Source of the DNA: Eledone cirrhosa
Taxonomy: Eukaryota
DNA: 64,000 bases
NCBI GenBank assembly: GCA_964016885.1
Contig: OZ024743.1
Span: 82,088,001-82,152,000, forward strand
Direction of reading: 5' to 3'
Each line of letters opens with the position of its first letter. Positions within the stretch are counted from its first letter, which is position 1. This document shows, in pieces, positions 38,001 through 50,000 of this stretch. The position numbers and the translations under genes are program-made. Below the pieces are notes generated by a model, which saw only the letters and a list, made by a program, of their open reading frames with translations, was not told the origin of the DNA and searched no databases.

Positions 38001-41000
38001 TTGGGTTACTGGAGTTATAGTGTTGTAGTGGTGCTGGGTCAGGTTGGGTTACTGGAGTTATAGTGCTGTAGTGGTCCTGGGTCAGGTCGGGTTACTGGAG
38101 TTCTAGTGCTGCAGTGGTCCTGGGTCAGGTTAGGTTACTAGAGTTCTAGTGCTGTAGTGGTCCTGGGTCAGGTTAGGTTACTGGAGTTATAGTGCTGTAG
38201 AGGTCCTGGGTCAGGTTAGGTTACTGGAGTTCTAGTGCTGTAGTGGTCCTGGGTCATGTTAGGTTGCTGGAGTTCTAGTGTTGTTGAGGTCCTGGTTCAG
38301 GTTAGGTTACTGGAGTTCTAGTGCTGTAGTGGCCCTGGGTCAGGTTAGGTTACTGGTGTTATAGTGTTGTACTGGTCCTGGGTCAGGTTAGGTTACTGGA
38401 GTTATAGTGCTGTAGTGGTCCTGAGTCATGTTAGGTTACTGGAGTTATAGTGCTGTAGTGGTCCTGGGTCAGGTTAGGTTACTGGAGTTATAGTGCTCTA
38501 GTGGTCCTGGGTCAGGTTAGGTTACTGGAGTTATAGTGCTGTAGTGGTCCTGGGTCAGGTTAGGTTACTGGAGTTCTAGTGCTGTAGTGGTCCTGGGTCA
38601 GGTTAGGTTACTGGAGTTATAGTGCTGTAGTGGTCCTGGGTCAGGTTAGGTTACTGGAGTTATAGTGCTGTAGTGGTCCTGGGTCAGGTTACGTTACTGG
38701 AGTTATAGTGCTGTAGTGGTCCTGGCTCAGGTTAGGTGACTGGAGTTCTAGTGCTGTAGTGGTCCTGGGTGAGGTTCGGTTACTGGAGTTCTAGTGTTGT
38801 AGTGGTCCTGGGTCAGGTCGGGTTACTGGAGTTCTAGTGCTGTAGTGGTCCTGGGTCAGGTTAGGTTACTGGAGTTATAGTGTTGTAGTGGTCCTGGGTC
38901 AGGTCGGGTTACTGGAGTTCTAGTGCTGTAGTGGTCCTGGGTCAGGTTAGGTTACTGGAGTTATAGTGCTGTAGTAGCCCTGGCACAGGTTAGGTTACTG
39001 GAGATCTAGTGTTGTAGTGGTCCTGGGTCAGGTTAGGTTACTGGAGTTCTAGTGCTGTAGTGGTCCTGGGTCAGGTTGGGTTACTGGAGTTATAGTGTTG
39101 TAGTGGTCCTGGGTCAGGTTAGGTTACTGGAGTTCTAGTGCTGTAGTGGTCCTGGGTCAGGTTAGGTTACTAGAGTTCTAGTGCTGTAGTGGTCCTGGGT
39201 CAGGTTAGGTAACTAGAGTTCTAGTGCTGTAGTGGTCCTGGGTCAGGTTGGGTTACTGGAGTTATAGTGTTGTAGTGGTCCTGGGTCAGGTTGGGTTACT
39301 GGAGTTATAGTGTTGTAGTGGTCCTGGGTCAGGTCGTGTTACTGGAGTTATAGTGTTGTAGTGGTCCTGGGTCAGGTTAGGTTACTGGAGTTCTAGTGCT
39401 GTAGTGGTCCTGGGTCAGGTTGTGTTACTGAAGTTATAGTGTTGTAGTGGTCCTGGGTCAGGTTGGGTTACTGGAGTTATAGTGCTGTAGTGGTCCTGGG
39501 TCAGGACGGGTTACTGGAGTTCTAGTGCTGTAGTGGTCCTGGGTCAGGTTAGGTTACTGGAGTTCTAGTGTTGTAGTGGTCCTGGGTCAGGTCGGGTTAC
39601 TGGAGTTCTAGTGTTGTAGTGGTCCTGGGTCAGGTTGGGTTACTGGAGTTCTAGTGTTGTAGTGGTCCTGGGTCAGATTGGGTTACTGGAGTTATAGTGC
39701 TGTAGTGGTCGTGGGTCAGGTTAGGTTATTAGAGTTCTAGTGCTGTAGTGGTCCTGGGTCAGGTTGGGTTACTGGAGTTATAGTGTTGTAGTGGTCCTGG
39801 GTCAGGTCGGGTTACTGGAGTTCTAGTGTTGTAGTGGTCCTGGGTCAGGTTGGGTTACTGGATTTATAGTGCTGTAGTGGTCCTGGGTCAGGACGGGTTA
39901 CTGGAGTTCTAGTGCTGTAGTGGTCCTGGGTCATGTTAGGTTACTGGAGTTCTAGTATTGTAGTGGTCCTGGGTCAGGTCGGGTTACTGGAGTTCTAGTG
40001 TTGTAGTGGTCCTGGGTCAGGTTGGGTTACTGGAGTTCGAGTGTTGTAGTGGTCCTGGGTCAGATTGAGTTACTGGAGTTATAGTGTTGTAGTGGTCCTG
40101 GGTCAGGTTGGGTTACTGGAGTTATAGTGCTGTAGTGGTCCTGGGTCAGGTTAGGTTATTAGAGTTCTAGTGCTGTAGTGGTCCTGGGTCAGGTTGGGTT
40201 ACCTGAGTTATAGTGTTGTAGTGGTCCTGGGAGAGGTTGGGTTACTGGAGTTATAGTGTTGTAGTGGTCCTGGGTCAGGTTGGGTTACTGGAGTTCTAGT
40301 GTTGCAGTGGTCCTGGGTCAGGTTGGGTTACTGGAGTTCTAGTGTTGTAGTGGTCCTGGGTCAGGTTGGGTTACTGGAGTTATAGTGCTGTAGTGGTCCT
40401 GGGTCAGGTTGGGTTACTGGAGTTCTAGTGTTGTAGTGGTCCTGGGTCAGGTTAGGTTACTAGAGTTCTAGTGCTGTAGTGGTCCTGGATCAGGTTAGGT
40501 TACTGGAGTTCTAGTGTTGTAGTAGTCCTGGGTCAGGTTGGGTTACTGGTGTTCTAGTGCTGTAGTGGTCCTGGGTCAGGTTGGGTTACTGGAGTTCTAG
40601 TGCTGTAGTGGTCCTGGGTCAGGTTGGGTTACTGGAGTTCTAGTGTTGTAGTGGTCCTGGGTCAGGTTGGCTTACTGGAGTTCTAGTGTTGTAGTGGCCC
40701 TGGGACAGGTTGGGTTACTGGAGTTCTAGTGTTATAGTGGTCCTGGGTCAGGTTGGGTTACTGGAGTTCTATTGTTGTAGTAGCCCTGGGTCAGATTAGG
40801 TTACTGGTGTTCTAGTGCTATAGTGACCCTGGGTCAGGTTAGGTTACTGGAGTTATAGTGCTGTAGTGGTCCTGGGTCAGGTTAGGTTACTGGAGTTATA
40901 GTGCTGTAGTGGTCCTGGGTCAGGTTGGATTACTGGAGTTCTAGTGCTGTAGTGGTCCTGGGTCAGGTTGGGTTACTGGAGTTCTAGTGCTGTAGTGGTC

Positions 41001-44000
41001 CTGGGTCAGGTTGGGTTGCTGGAGTTGTAGTGCTGTAGTGGTCCTGGGTCAGGTTGGGTTACTGGAGTTCTAGTGCTGTAGTGGTCCTGGGTCAGGTTGG
41101 GTTACTGGAGTTCTAGTGCTGTAGTGGTCCTGGGTCAGGTTGGGTTACTGGAGTTCTAGTGCTGTAGTGGTCCTGGTTCAGGTTGGGTAAACTGGATTTC
41201 TAGTGCTGTAGTGGTCCTGGGTCAGGTTGGGTTACTGGAGTTATAGTGCTGTAGTGGTCCTGGGTCAGGTTGGGTTACTGGAGTTATAGTGTTGTAGTGG
41301 TACTGGGTCAGGTTGGATTACTGGAGTTATAGTGCTGTAGTGGTCCTGGCTCAGGTTAGGTTACTGGAGTTATAGTGCTGTAGTGGTCCTGGGTCAGGTT
41401 GGGTTGCTGGAGTTGTAGTGCTGTAGTGGTCCTGGGTCAGGTTGGGTTACTGGAGTTATACTGCTGTAGTGGTCCTGGGTCAGGTTAGGTTACAGGAGTT
41501 ATAGTGCGGTAGTGGTCCTGGGTCAGGTTATGTTACTGGAGTTATAGTGCTGTAGTGGTCCTGGGTCAGGTTAGGTTACTGAAGTTATAGTGCTGTAGTG
41601 GTCCTGGGTCAGGTTAGGTTACTGGAGTTATAGTGCTGTAGTGGTCCTGGGTCAGGTTAGGTTACTGGAGTTATAGTGCTGTAGTGGTGCTTGCTCAGGT
41701 TAGGTTACTGGAGTTATAGTGCTGTAGTGGTCCTGGGTCAGGTTAGGTTACTGGAGTTCTAGTGCTGTAGTGGCCCTGGCTCAGGTTAGGTTACTGGAGT
41801 TATAGTGTTGTAGTGGTCCTGGGTCAGGTTAGGTTACTGGAGTTCTAGTGCTGTAGTGGTCCTGGGTCAGGTTGGGTTACTGGAGTTATAGTGTTGTAGT
41901 GGTCCTGGGTCAGGTCGGGTTACTGGAGTTCTAGTGCTGTAGTGGTCCTGGGTCAGGTTAGGTTACTAGAGTTCTAGTGCTGTAGTGGTCCTGGGTCAGG
42001 TTAGGTTACTGGAGTTCTAGTGCTGTAGTGGCCCTGGGTCAGGTTGGGTTACTGGAGTTATAGTGTTGTAGTGCTCCTGGGTCAGGTCGGGATACTGGAG
42101 TTATAGTGCTGTAGTGGTCCTGGGTCAGGTCGGGTTACTGGAGTTCTAGTGCTGTAGTGGTCCTGGGTCAGATTGGGTTACTGGAGTTATAGTCTTGTAG
42201 TGGTCCTGGGTCAGGTCGGGTTACTGGAGTTCTAGTGCTGTAGTGGTCCTGGGTCAGGTTAGGTTACTAGAGTTCTAGTGCTGTAGTGGTCCTGGGTCAG
42301 GTTAGGTTACTGGAGTTCTAGTGCTGTAGTGGTCCTGGGTCATGTTGGGTTACTGTAGTTACAGTGTTGTAATGGTCCTGGGTCAGGTTGGGTTACTGGA
42401 GTTATAGTGCTGTAGTGGTCCTGGGTCAGGTTGGGTTACTGGAGTTATAGTGCTGTAGTGGTCCTGGGTCAGGTCGGGTTACTGGAGTTCTAGTGCTGTA
42501 GTGGTCCTGGGTCAGGTTGGGTTACTGGAGTTATAGTGTTGTAGTGGTCCTGGGTCAGGTCGGGTTACTGGAGTTCTAGTGCTGTAGTGGTCCTGGGTCA
42601 GGTTAGGTTACTAGAGTTCTAGTGCTGTAGTGGTCCTGGGTCAGGTTAGGTTACTGGAGTTCTAGTGCTGTAGTGGTCCTGGGTCAGGTTGGGTTACTGG
42701 AGTTATAGTGTTGTAGTGGTCCTGGGTCAGGTTGGGTTACTGGAGTTATAGTGCTGTAGTGGTTCTGGGTCAGGTCGGGTTACTGGAGTTCTAGTGCTGC
42801 AGTGGTCCTGGGTCAGGTTAGGTTACTAGAGTTCTAGTGCTGTAGTAGTCCTGGGTCAGGTTAGGTTACTGGAGTTATAGTGTTGTAGTGGTCCTGGGTC
42901 AGGTTAGGTTACTGGAGTTATAGTGTTGTAGTGGTCCTGGGTCAGGTCGGGTTACTGGAGTTCTAGTGTTGTAGTGGTCCTGGGTCAGGTTGGGTTACTG
43001 GAGTTCTAGTGTTGTAGTGGTCCTGGGTCAGGTTGGGTAACTGGAGTTCTAGTGTTGTAGTGGTCCTGGGTCAGGTTGGGTTACTGGAGTTATAGTGCTG
43101 TAGTGGTCCTGGGTCAGGTTAGGTTATTAGAGTTCTAGTGCTGTAGTTGTCCTGGGTCAGGTTAGGTTACTGGAGTTATAGTGCTGTAGTGGTCCTGGGT
43201 CAGGTCGGGTTACTGGAGTTCTAGTGTTGTAGTGATCCTGGGTCAGGTTGGGTTACTAGAGTTCTAGTGCTGTAGTGGTCCTGGGTCAGGTTAGGTTACA
43301 GGAGTTATAGTGCTGTAGTGGTCCTGGGTCAGGTTATGTTACTGGAGTTATAGTGCTGTAGTGGTCCTGGGTCAGGTTAGGTTACTGAAGTTATAGTGCT
43401 GTAGTGGTCCTGGGTCAGGTTAGGTTACTGGAGTTATAGTGCTGTAGTGGTCCTGGGTCAGGTTAGGTTACTGGAGTTATAGTGCTGTAGTGGTGCTTGC
43501 TCAGGTTAGGTTACTGGAGTTATAGTGCTGTAGTGGTCCTGGGTCAGGTTCGGTTACTGGAGTTATAGTGCTGTAGTGGTCCTGGGTCAGGTCGGGTTAC
43601 TGGAGTTCTAGTGTTGTAGTGGTCCTGGGTCAGGTTGGGTTACTGGAGTTCGAGTGTTGTAGTGGTCCTGGGTCAGATTGAGTTACTGGAGTTATAGTGT
43701 TGTAGTGGTCCTGGGTCAGGTTGGGTTACTGGAGTTATAGTGCTGTAGTGGTCCTGGGTCAGGTTAGGTTATTAGAGTTCTAGTGCTGTAGTGGTCCTGG
43801 GTCAGGTTGGGTTACCTGAGTTATAGTGTTGTAGTGGTCCTGGGACAGGTTGGGTTACTGGAGTTATAGTGTTGTAGTGGTCCTGGGTCAGGTTGGGTTA
43901 CTGGAGTTCTAGTGTTGCAGTGGTCCTGGGTCAGGTTGGGTTACTGGAGTTCTAGTGTTGTAGTGGTCCTGGGTCAGGTTGGGTTACTGGAGTTATAGTG

Positions 44001-47000
44001 CTGTAGTGGTCCTGGGTCAGGTTGGGTTACTGGAGTTCTAGTGTTGTAGTGGTCCTGGGTCATGTTAGGTTACTAGAGTTCTAGTGCTGTAGTGGTCCTG
44101 GGTCAGGTTAGGTTACTGGAGTTCTAGTGTTGTAGTGGTCCTGGGTCAGGTTGGGTTACTGGTGTTCTAGTGCTGTAGTGGTCCTGGGTCAGGTTGGGTT
44201 ACTGGAGTTCTAGTGCTGTAGTGGTCCTGGGTCAGGTTGGGTTACTGGAGTTCTAGTGTTGTAGTGGTCCTGGGTCAGGTTGGGTTACTGGAGTTCTAGT
44301 GTTGTAGTGGCCCTGGGTCAGGTTGGGTTACTGGAGTTCTAGTGTTATAGTGGTCCTGGGTCAGGTTGGGTTACTGGAGTTCTATTGTTGTAGTAGCCCT
44401 GGGTCAGGTTGGGTTACTGGATTTCTAGTGCTGTAGTGGTCCTGGGTCAGGTTGGGTTACTGGAGTTATAGTGCTGTAGTGGTCCTGGGTCAGGTTGGGT
44501 TACTGGAGTTATAGTGTTGTAGTGGTACTGGGTCAGGTTGGATTACTGGAGTTATAGTGCTGTAGTGGTCCTGGCTCAGGTTAGGTTACTGGAGTTATAG
44601 TGCTGTAGTGGTCCTGGGTCAGGTTGGGTTGCTGGAGTTATAGTGCTGTAGTGGTCCTGGGTCAGGTTAGGTTACTGGAGTTATATTGCTGTAGTTGTCC
44701 TGGGTCAGGTTGGGTTACTGGAGTTATAGTGCTGTAGTGGTCCTGGGTCAGGTTAGGTTACTGGAGTTATAGTGCTGTAGTTGTCCTGGGTCAGGTTAGG
44801 TTACTGGAGTTATAGTGCTGTAGTGGTCCTGGGTCAGGTCGGGTTACTGGAGTTCTAGTGTTGTAGTGATCCTGGTTCAGGTTGGGTTACTAGAGTTCTA
44901 GTGCTGTAGTGGTCCTGGGTCAGGTTAGGTTACTGGAGTTATAGTGCTGTAGTGGTCCTGGGTCAGGTTAGGTTACTGGAGTTATAGTGCTGTAGTGGCC
45001 CTGGCTCAGGTTAGGTTACTGGAGTTATAGTGTTGTAGTGGTCCTGGGTCAGGTTAGGTTACTGGAGTTCTAGTGCTGTAGTGGTCCTGGGTCAGGTTGG
45101 GTTACTGGAGTTATAGTGTTGTAGTGGTCCTGGGTCAGGTCGGGTTACTGGAGTTCTAGTGCTGTAGTGGTCCTGGGTCAGGTTAGGTTACTAGAGTTCT
45201 AGTGCTGTAGTGGTCCTGGGTCAGGTTAGGTTACTGGAGTTCTAGTGCTGTAGTGGTCCTGGGTCAGGTTGGGTTACTGGAGTTACAGTGTTGTAATGGT
45301 CCTGGGTCAGGTTGGGTTACTGGAGTTATAGTGCTGTAGTGGTCCTGGGTCAGGTTGTGTTACTGGAGTTATAGTGCTGTAGTGGTCCTGGATCAGGTCG
45401 GGTTACTGGAGTTCTAGTGCTGTAGTGGTCCTGGGTCAGGTTGGGTTACTGGAGTTATAGTGTTGTAGTGGTCCTGGGTCAGGTCGGGTTACTGGAGTTC
45501 TAGTGCTGTAGTGGTCCTGGGACAGGTTAGGTTACTAGAGTTCTAGTGCTGTAGTGGTCCTGGGTCAGGTTAGGTTACTGGAGTTCTAGTGCTGTAGTGG
45601 TCCTGGGTCAGGTTGGGTTACTGGAGTTATAGTGTTGTAGTGGTCCTGGGTCAGGTTGGGTTTCTGGAGTTATAGTGCTGTAGTGGTTCTGGGTCAGGTC
45701 GGGTTACTGGAGTTCTAGTGCTGCAGTGGTCCTGGGTCAGGTTAGGTTACTAGAGTTCTAGTGCTGTAGTAGTCCTGGGTCAGGTTAGGTTACTGGAGTT
45801 ATAGTGTTGTAGTGGTCCTGGGTCAGGTTAGGTTACTGGAGTTATAGTGTTGTAGTGGTCCTGGGTCAGGTTAGGTTACTGGAGTTATAGTGCTGTAGTG
45901 GTCCTGGGTCAGGTCGGGTTACTGGAGTTCTAGTGTTGTAGTGATCCTGGTTCAGGTTGGGTTACTAGAGTTCTAGTGCTGTAGTGGTCCTGGGTCAGGT
46001 TAGGTTACAGGAGTTATAGTGCGGTAGTGGTCCTGGGTCAGGTTATGTTACTGGAGTTATAGTGCTGTAGTGGTCCTGGGTCAGGTTAGGTTACTGAAGT
46101 TATAGTGCTGTAGTGGTCCTGGGTCAGGTTAGGTTACTGGAGTTATAGTGCTGTAGTGGTCCTGGGTCAGGTTAGGTTACTGGAGTTATAGTGCTGTAGT
46201 GGTGCTTGCTCAGGTTAGGTTACTGGAGTTATAGTGCTGTAGTGGTCCTGGGTCAGGTTAGGTTACTGGAGTTCTAGTGCTGTAGTGGCCCTGGCTCAGG
46301 TTAGGTTACTGGAGTTATAGTGTTGTAGTGGTCCTGGGTCAGGTTAGGTTACTGGAGTTCTAGTGCTGTAGTGGTCCTGGGTCAGGTTGGGTTACTGGAG
46401 TTATAGTGTTGTAGTGGTCCTGGGTCAGGTCGGGTTACTGGAGTTCTAGTGCTGTAGTGGTCCTGGGTCAGGTTAGGTTACTAGAGTTCTAGTGCTGTAG
46501 TGGTCCTGGGTCAGGTTAGGTTACTGGAGTTCTAGTGCTGTAGTGGCCCTGGGTCAGGTTGGGTTACTGGAGTTATAGTGTTGTAGTGCTCCTGGGTCAG
46601 TCGGGATACTGGAGTTATAGTGCTGTAGTGGTCCTGGGTCAGGTCGGGTTACTGGAGTTCTAGTGCTGTAGTGGTCCTGGGTCAGATTGGGTTCCTGGAG
46701 TTATAGTCTTGTAGTGGTCCTGGGTCAGGTCGGGTTACTGGAGTTCTAGTGCTGTAGTGGTCCTGGGTCAGGTTAGGTTACTAGAGTTCTAGTGCTGTAG
46801 TGGTCCTGGGTCAGGTTAGGTTACTGGAGTTCTAGTGCTGTAGTGGTCCTGGGTCAGGTTGGGTTACTGGAGTTACAGTGTTGTAATGGTCCTGGGTCAG
46901 GTTGGGTTACTGGAGTTATAGTGCTGTAGTGGTCCTGGGTCAGGTTGTGTTACTGGAGTTATAGTGCTGTAGTGGTCCTGGGTCAGGTCGGGTTACTGGA

Positions 47001-50000
47001 GTTCTAGTGCTGTAGTGGTCCTGGGTCAGGTTGGGTTACTGGAGTTATAGTGTTGTAGTGGTCCTGGGTCAGGTCGGGTTACTGGAGTTCTAGTGCTGTA
47101 GTGGTCCTGGGTCAGGTTAGGTTACTAGAGTTCTAGTGCTGTAGTGGTCCTGGGTCAGGTTAGGTTACTGGAGTTCTAGTGCTGTAGTCGTCCTGGGTCA
47201 GGTCGGGTTACTGGAGTTCTAGTGTTGTAGTGATCCTGGTTCAGGTTGGGTTACTAGAGTTCTAGTGCTGTAGTGGTCCTGGGTCAGGTTAGGTTACAGG
47301 AGTTATAGTGCGGTAGTGGTCCTGGGTTCAGGTTATGTTACTGGAGTTATAGTGCTGTAGTGGTCCTGGGTCAGGTTAGGTTACTGAAGTTATAGTGCTG
47401 TAGTGGTCCTGGGTCAGGTTAGGTTACTGGAGTTATAGTGCTGTAGTGGTCCTGGGTCAGGTTAGGTTACTGGAGTTATAGTGCTGTAGTGGTGCTTGCT
47501 CAGGTTAGGTTACTGGAGTTATAGTGCTGTAGTGGTCCTGGGTCAGGTTAGGTTACTGGAGTTCTAGTGCTGTAGTGGCCCTGGCTCAGGTTAGGTTACT
47601 GGAGTTATAGTGTTGTAGTGGTCCTGGGTCAGGTTAGGTTACTGGAGTTCTAGTGCTGTAGTGGTCCTGGGTCAGGTTGGGTTACTGGAGTTATAGTGTT
47701 GTAGTGGTCCTGGGTCAGGTCGGGTTACTGGAGTTCTAGTGCTGTAGTGGTCCTGGGTCAGGTTAGGTTACTAGAGTTCTAGTGCTCTAGTGGTCCTGGG
47801 TCAGGTTAGGTTACTGGAGTTCTAGTGCTGTAGTGGCCCTGGGTCAGGTTGGGTTACTGGAGTTATAGTGTTGTAGTGCTCCTGGGTCAGGTCGGGATAC
47901 TGGAGTTATAGTGCTGTAGTGGTCCTGGGTCAGGTCGGGTTACTGGAGTTCTAGTGCTGTAGTGGTCCTGGGTCAGGTTGGGTTACTGGAGTTATAGTCT
48001 TGTAGTGGTCCTGGGTCAGGTCGGGTTACTGGAGTTCTAGTGCTGTAGTGGTCCTGGGTCAGGTTAGGTTACTAGAGTTCTAGTGCTGTAGTGGTCCTGG
48101 GTCAGGTTGGGTTACCTGAGTTATAGTGTTGTAGTGGTCCTGGGACAGGTTGGGTTACTGGAGTTATAGTGTTGTAGTGGTCCTGGGTCAGGTTGGGTTA
48201 CTGGAGTTCTAGTGTTGCAGTGGTCCTGGGTCAGGTTGGGTTACTGGAGTTCTAGTGTTGTAGTGGTCCTGGGTCAGGTTGGGTTACTGGAGTTATAGTG
48301 CTGTAGTGGTCCTGGGTCAGGTTGGGTTACTGGAGTTCTAGTGTTGTAGTGGTCCTGGGTCATGTTAGGTTACTAGAGTTCTAGTGCTGTAGTGGTCCTG
48401 GGTCAGGTTAGGTTACTGGAGTTCTAGTGTTGTAGTGGTCCTGGGTCAGGTTGGGTTACTGGTGTTCTAGTGCTGTAGTGGTCCTGGGTCAGGTTGGGTT
48501 ACTGGAGTTCTAGTGCTGTAGTGGTCCTGGGTCAGGTTGGGTTACTGGAGTTCTAGTGTTGTAGTGGTCCTGGGTCAGGTTGGGTTACTGGAGTTCTAGT
48601 GTTGTAGTGGCCCTGGGTCAGGTTGGGTTACTGGAGTTCTAGTGTTATAGTGGTCCTGGGTCAGGTTGGGTTACTGGAGTTCTATTGTTGTAGTAGCCCT
48701 GGGTCAGGTTGGGTTACTGGATTTCTAGTGCTGTAGTGGTCCTGGGTCAGGTTGGGTTACTGGAGTTATAGTGCTGTAGTGGTCCTGGGTCAGGTTGGGT
48801 TACTGGAGTTATAGTGTTGTAGTGGTACTGGGTCAGGTTGGATTACTGGAGTTATAGTGCTGTAGTGGTCCTGGCTCAGGTTAGGTTACTGGAGTTATAG
48901 TGCTGTAGTGGTCCTGGGTCAGGTTGGGTTGCTGGAGTTATAGTGCTGTAATGGTCCTGGGTCAGTTTAGGTTACTGGAGTTATAGTGCTGTAGTTGTCC
49001 TGGGTCAGGTTAGGTTACTGGAGTTATAGTGTTGTAGTGGTCCTGGGTCAGGTTAGGTTACTGGAGTTATATTGCTGTAGTTGTCCTGGGTCAGGTTGGG
49101 TTACTGGAGTTATAGTGCTGTAGTGGTCCTGGGTCAGGTTAGGTTACTGGAGTTATAGTGCTGTAGTTGTCCTGGGTCAGGTTAGGTTACTGGAGTTATA
49201 GTGCTGTAGTGGTCCTGGGTCAGGTCGGGTTACTGGAGTTCTAGTGTTGTAGTGATCCTGGTTCAGGTTGGGTTACTAGAGTTCTAGTGCTGTAGTGGTC
49301 CTGGGTCAGGTTAGGTTACTGGAGTTATAGTGCTGTAGTGGTCCTGGGTCAGGTTAGGTTACTGGAGTTATAGTGCTGTAGTGGCCCTGGCTCAGGTTAG
49401 GTTACTGGAGTTATAGTGTTGTAGTGGTCCTGGGTCAGGTTAGGTTACTGGAGTTCTAGTGCTGTAGTGGTCCTGGGTCAGGTTGGGTTACTGGAGTTAT
49501 AGTGTTGTAGTGGTCCTGGGTCAGGTCGGGTTACTGGAGTTCTAGTGCTGTAGTGGTCCTGGGTCAGGTTAGGTTACTAGAGTTCTAGTGCTGTAGTGGT
49601 CCTGGGTCAGGTTAGGTTACTGGAGTTCTAGTGCTGTAGTGGTCCTGGGTCAGGTTGGGTTACTGGAGTTACAGTGTTGTAATGGTCCTGGGTCAGGTTG
49701 GGTTACTGGAGTTATAGTGCTGTAGTGGTCCTGGGTCAGGTTGTGTTACTGGAGTTATAGTGCTGTAGTGGTCCTGGATCAGGTCGGGTTACTGGAGTTC
49801 TAGTGCTGTAGTGGTCCTGGGTCAGGTTGGGTTACTGGAGTTATAGTGTTGTAGTGGTCCTGGGTCAGGTCGGGTTACTGGAGTTCTAGTGCTGTAGTGG
49901 TCCTGGGTCAGGTTAGGTTACTAGAGTTCTAGTGCTGTAGTGGTCCTGGGTCAGGTTAGGTTACTGGAGTTCTAGTGCTGTAGTGGTCCTGGGTCAGGTT

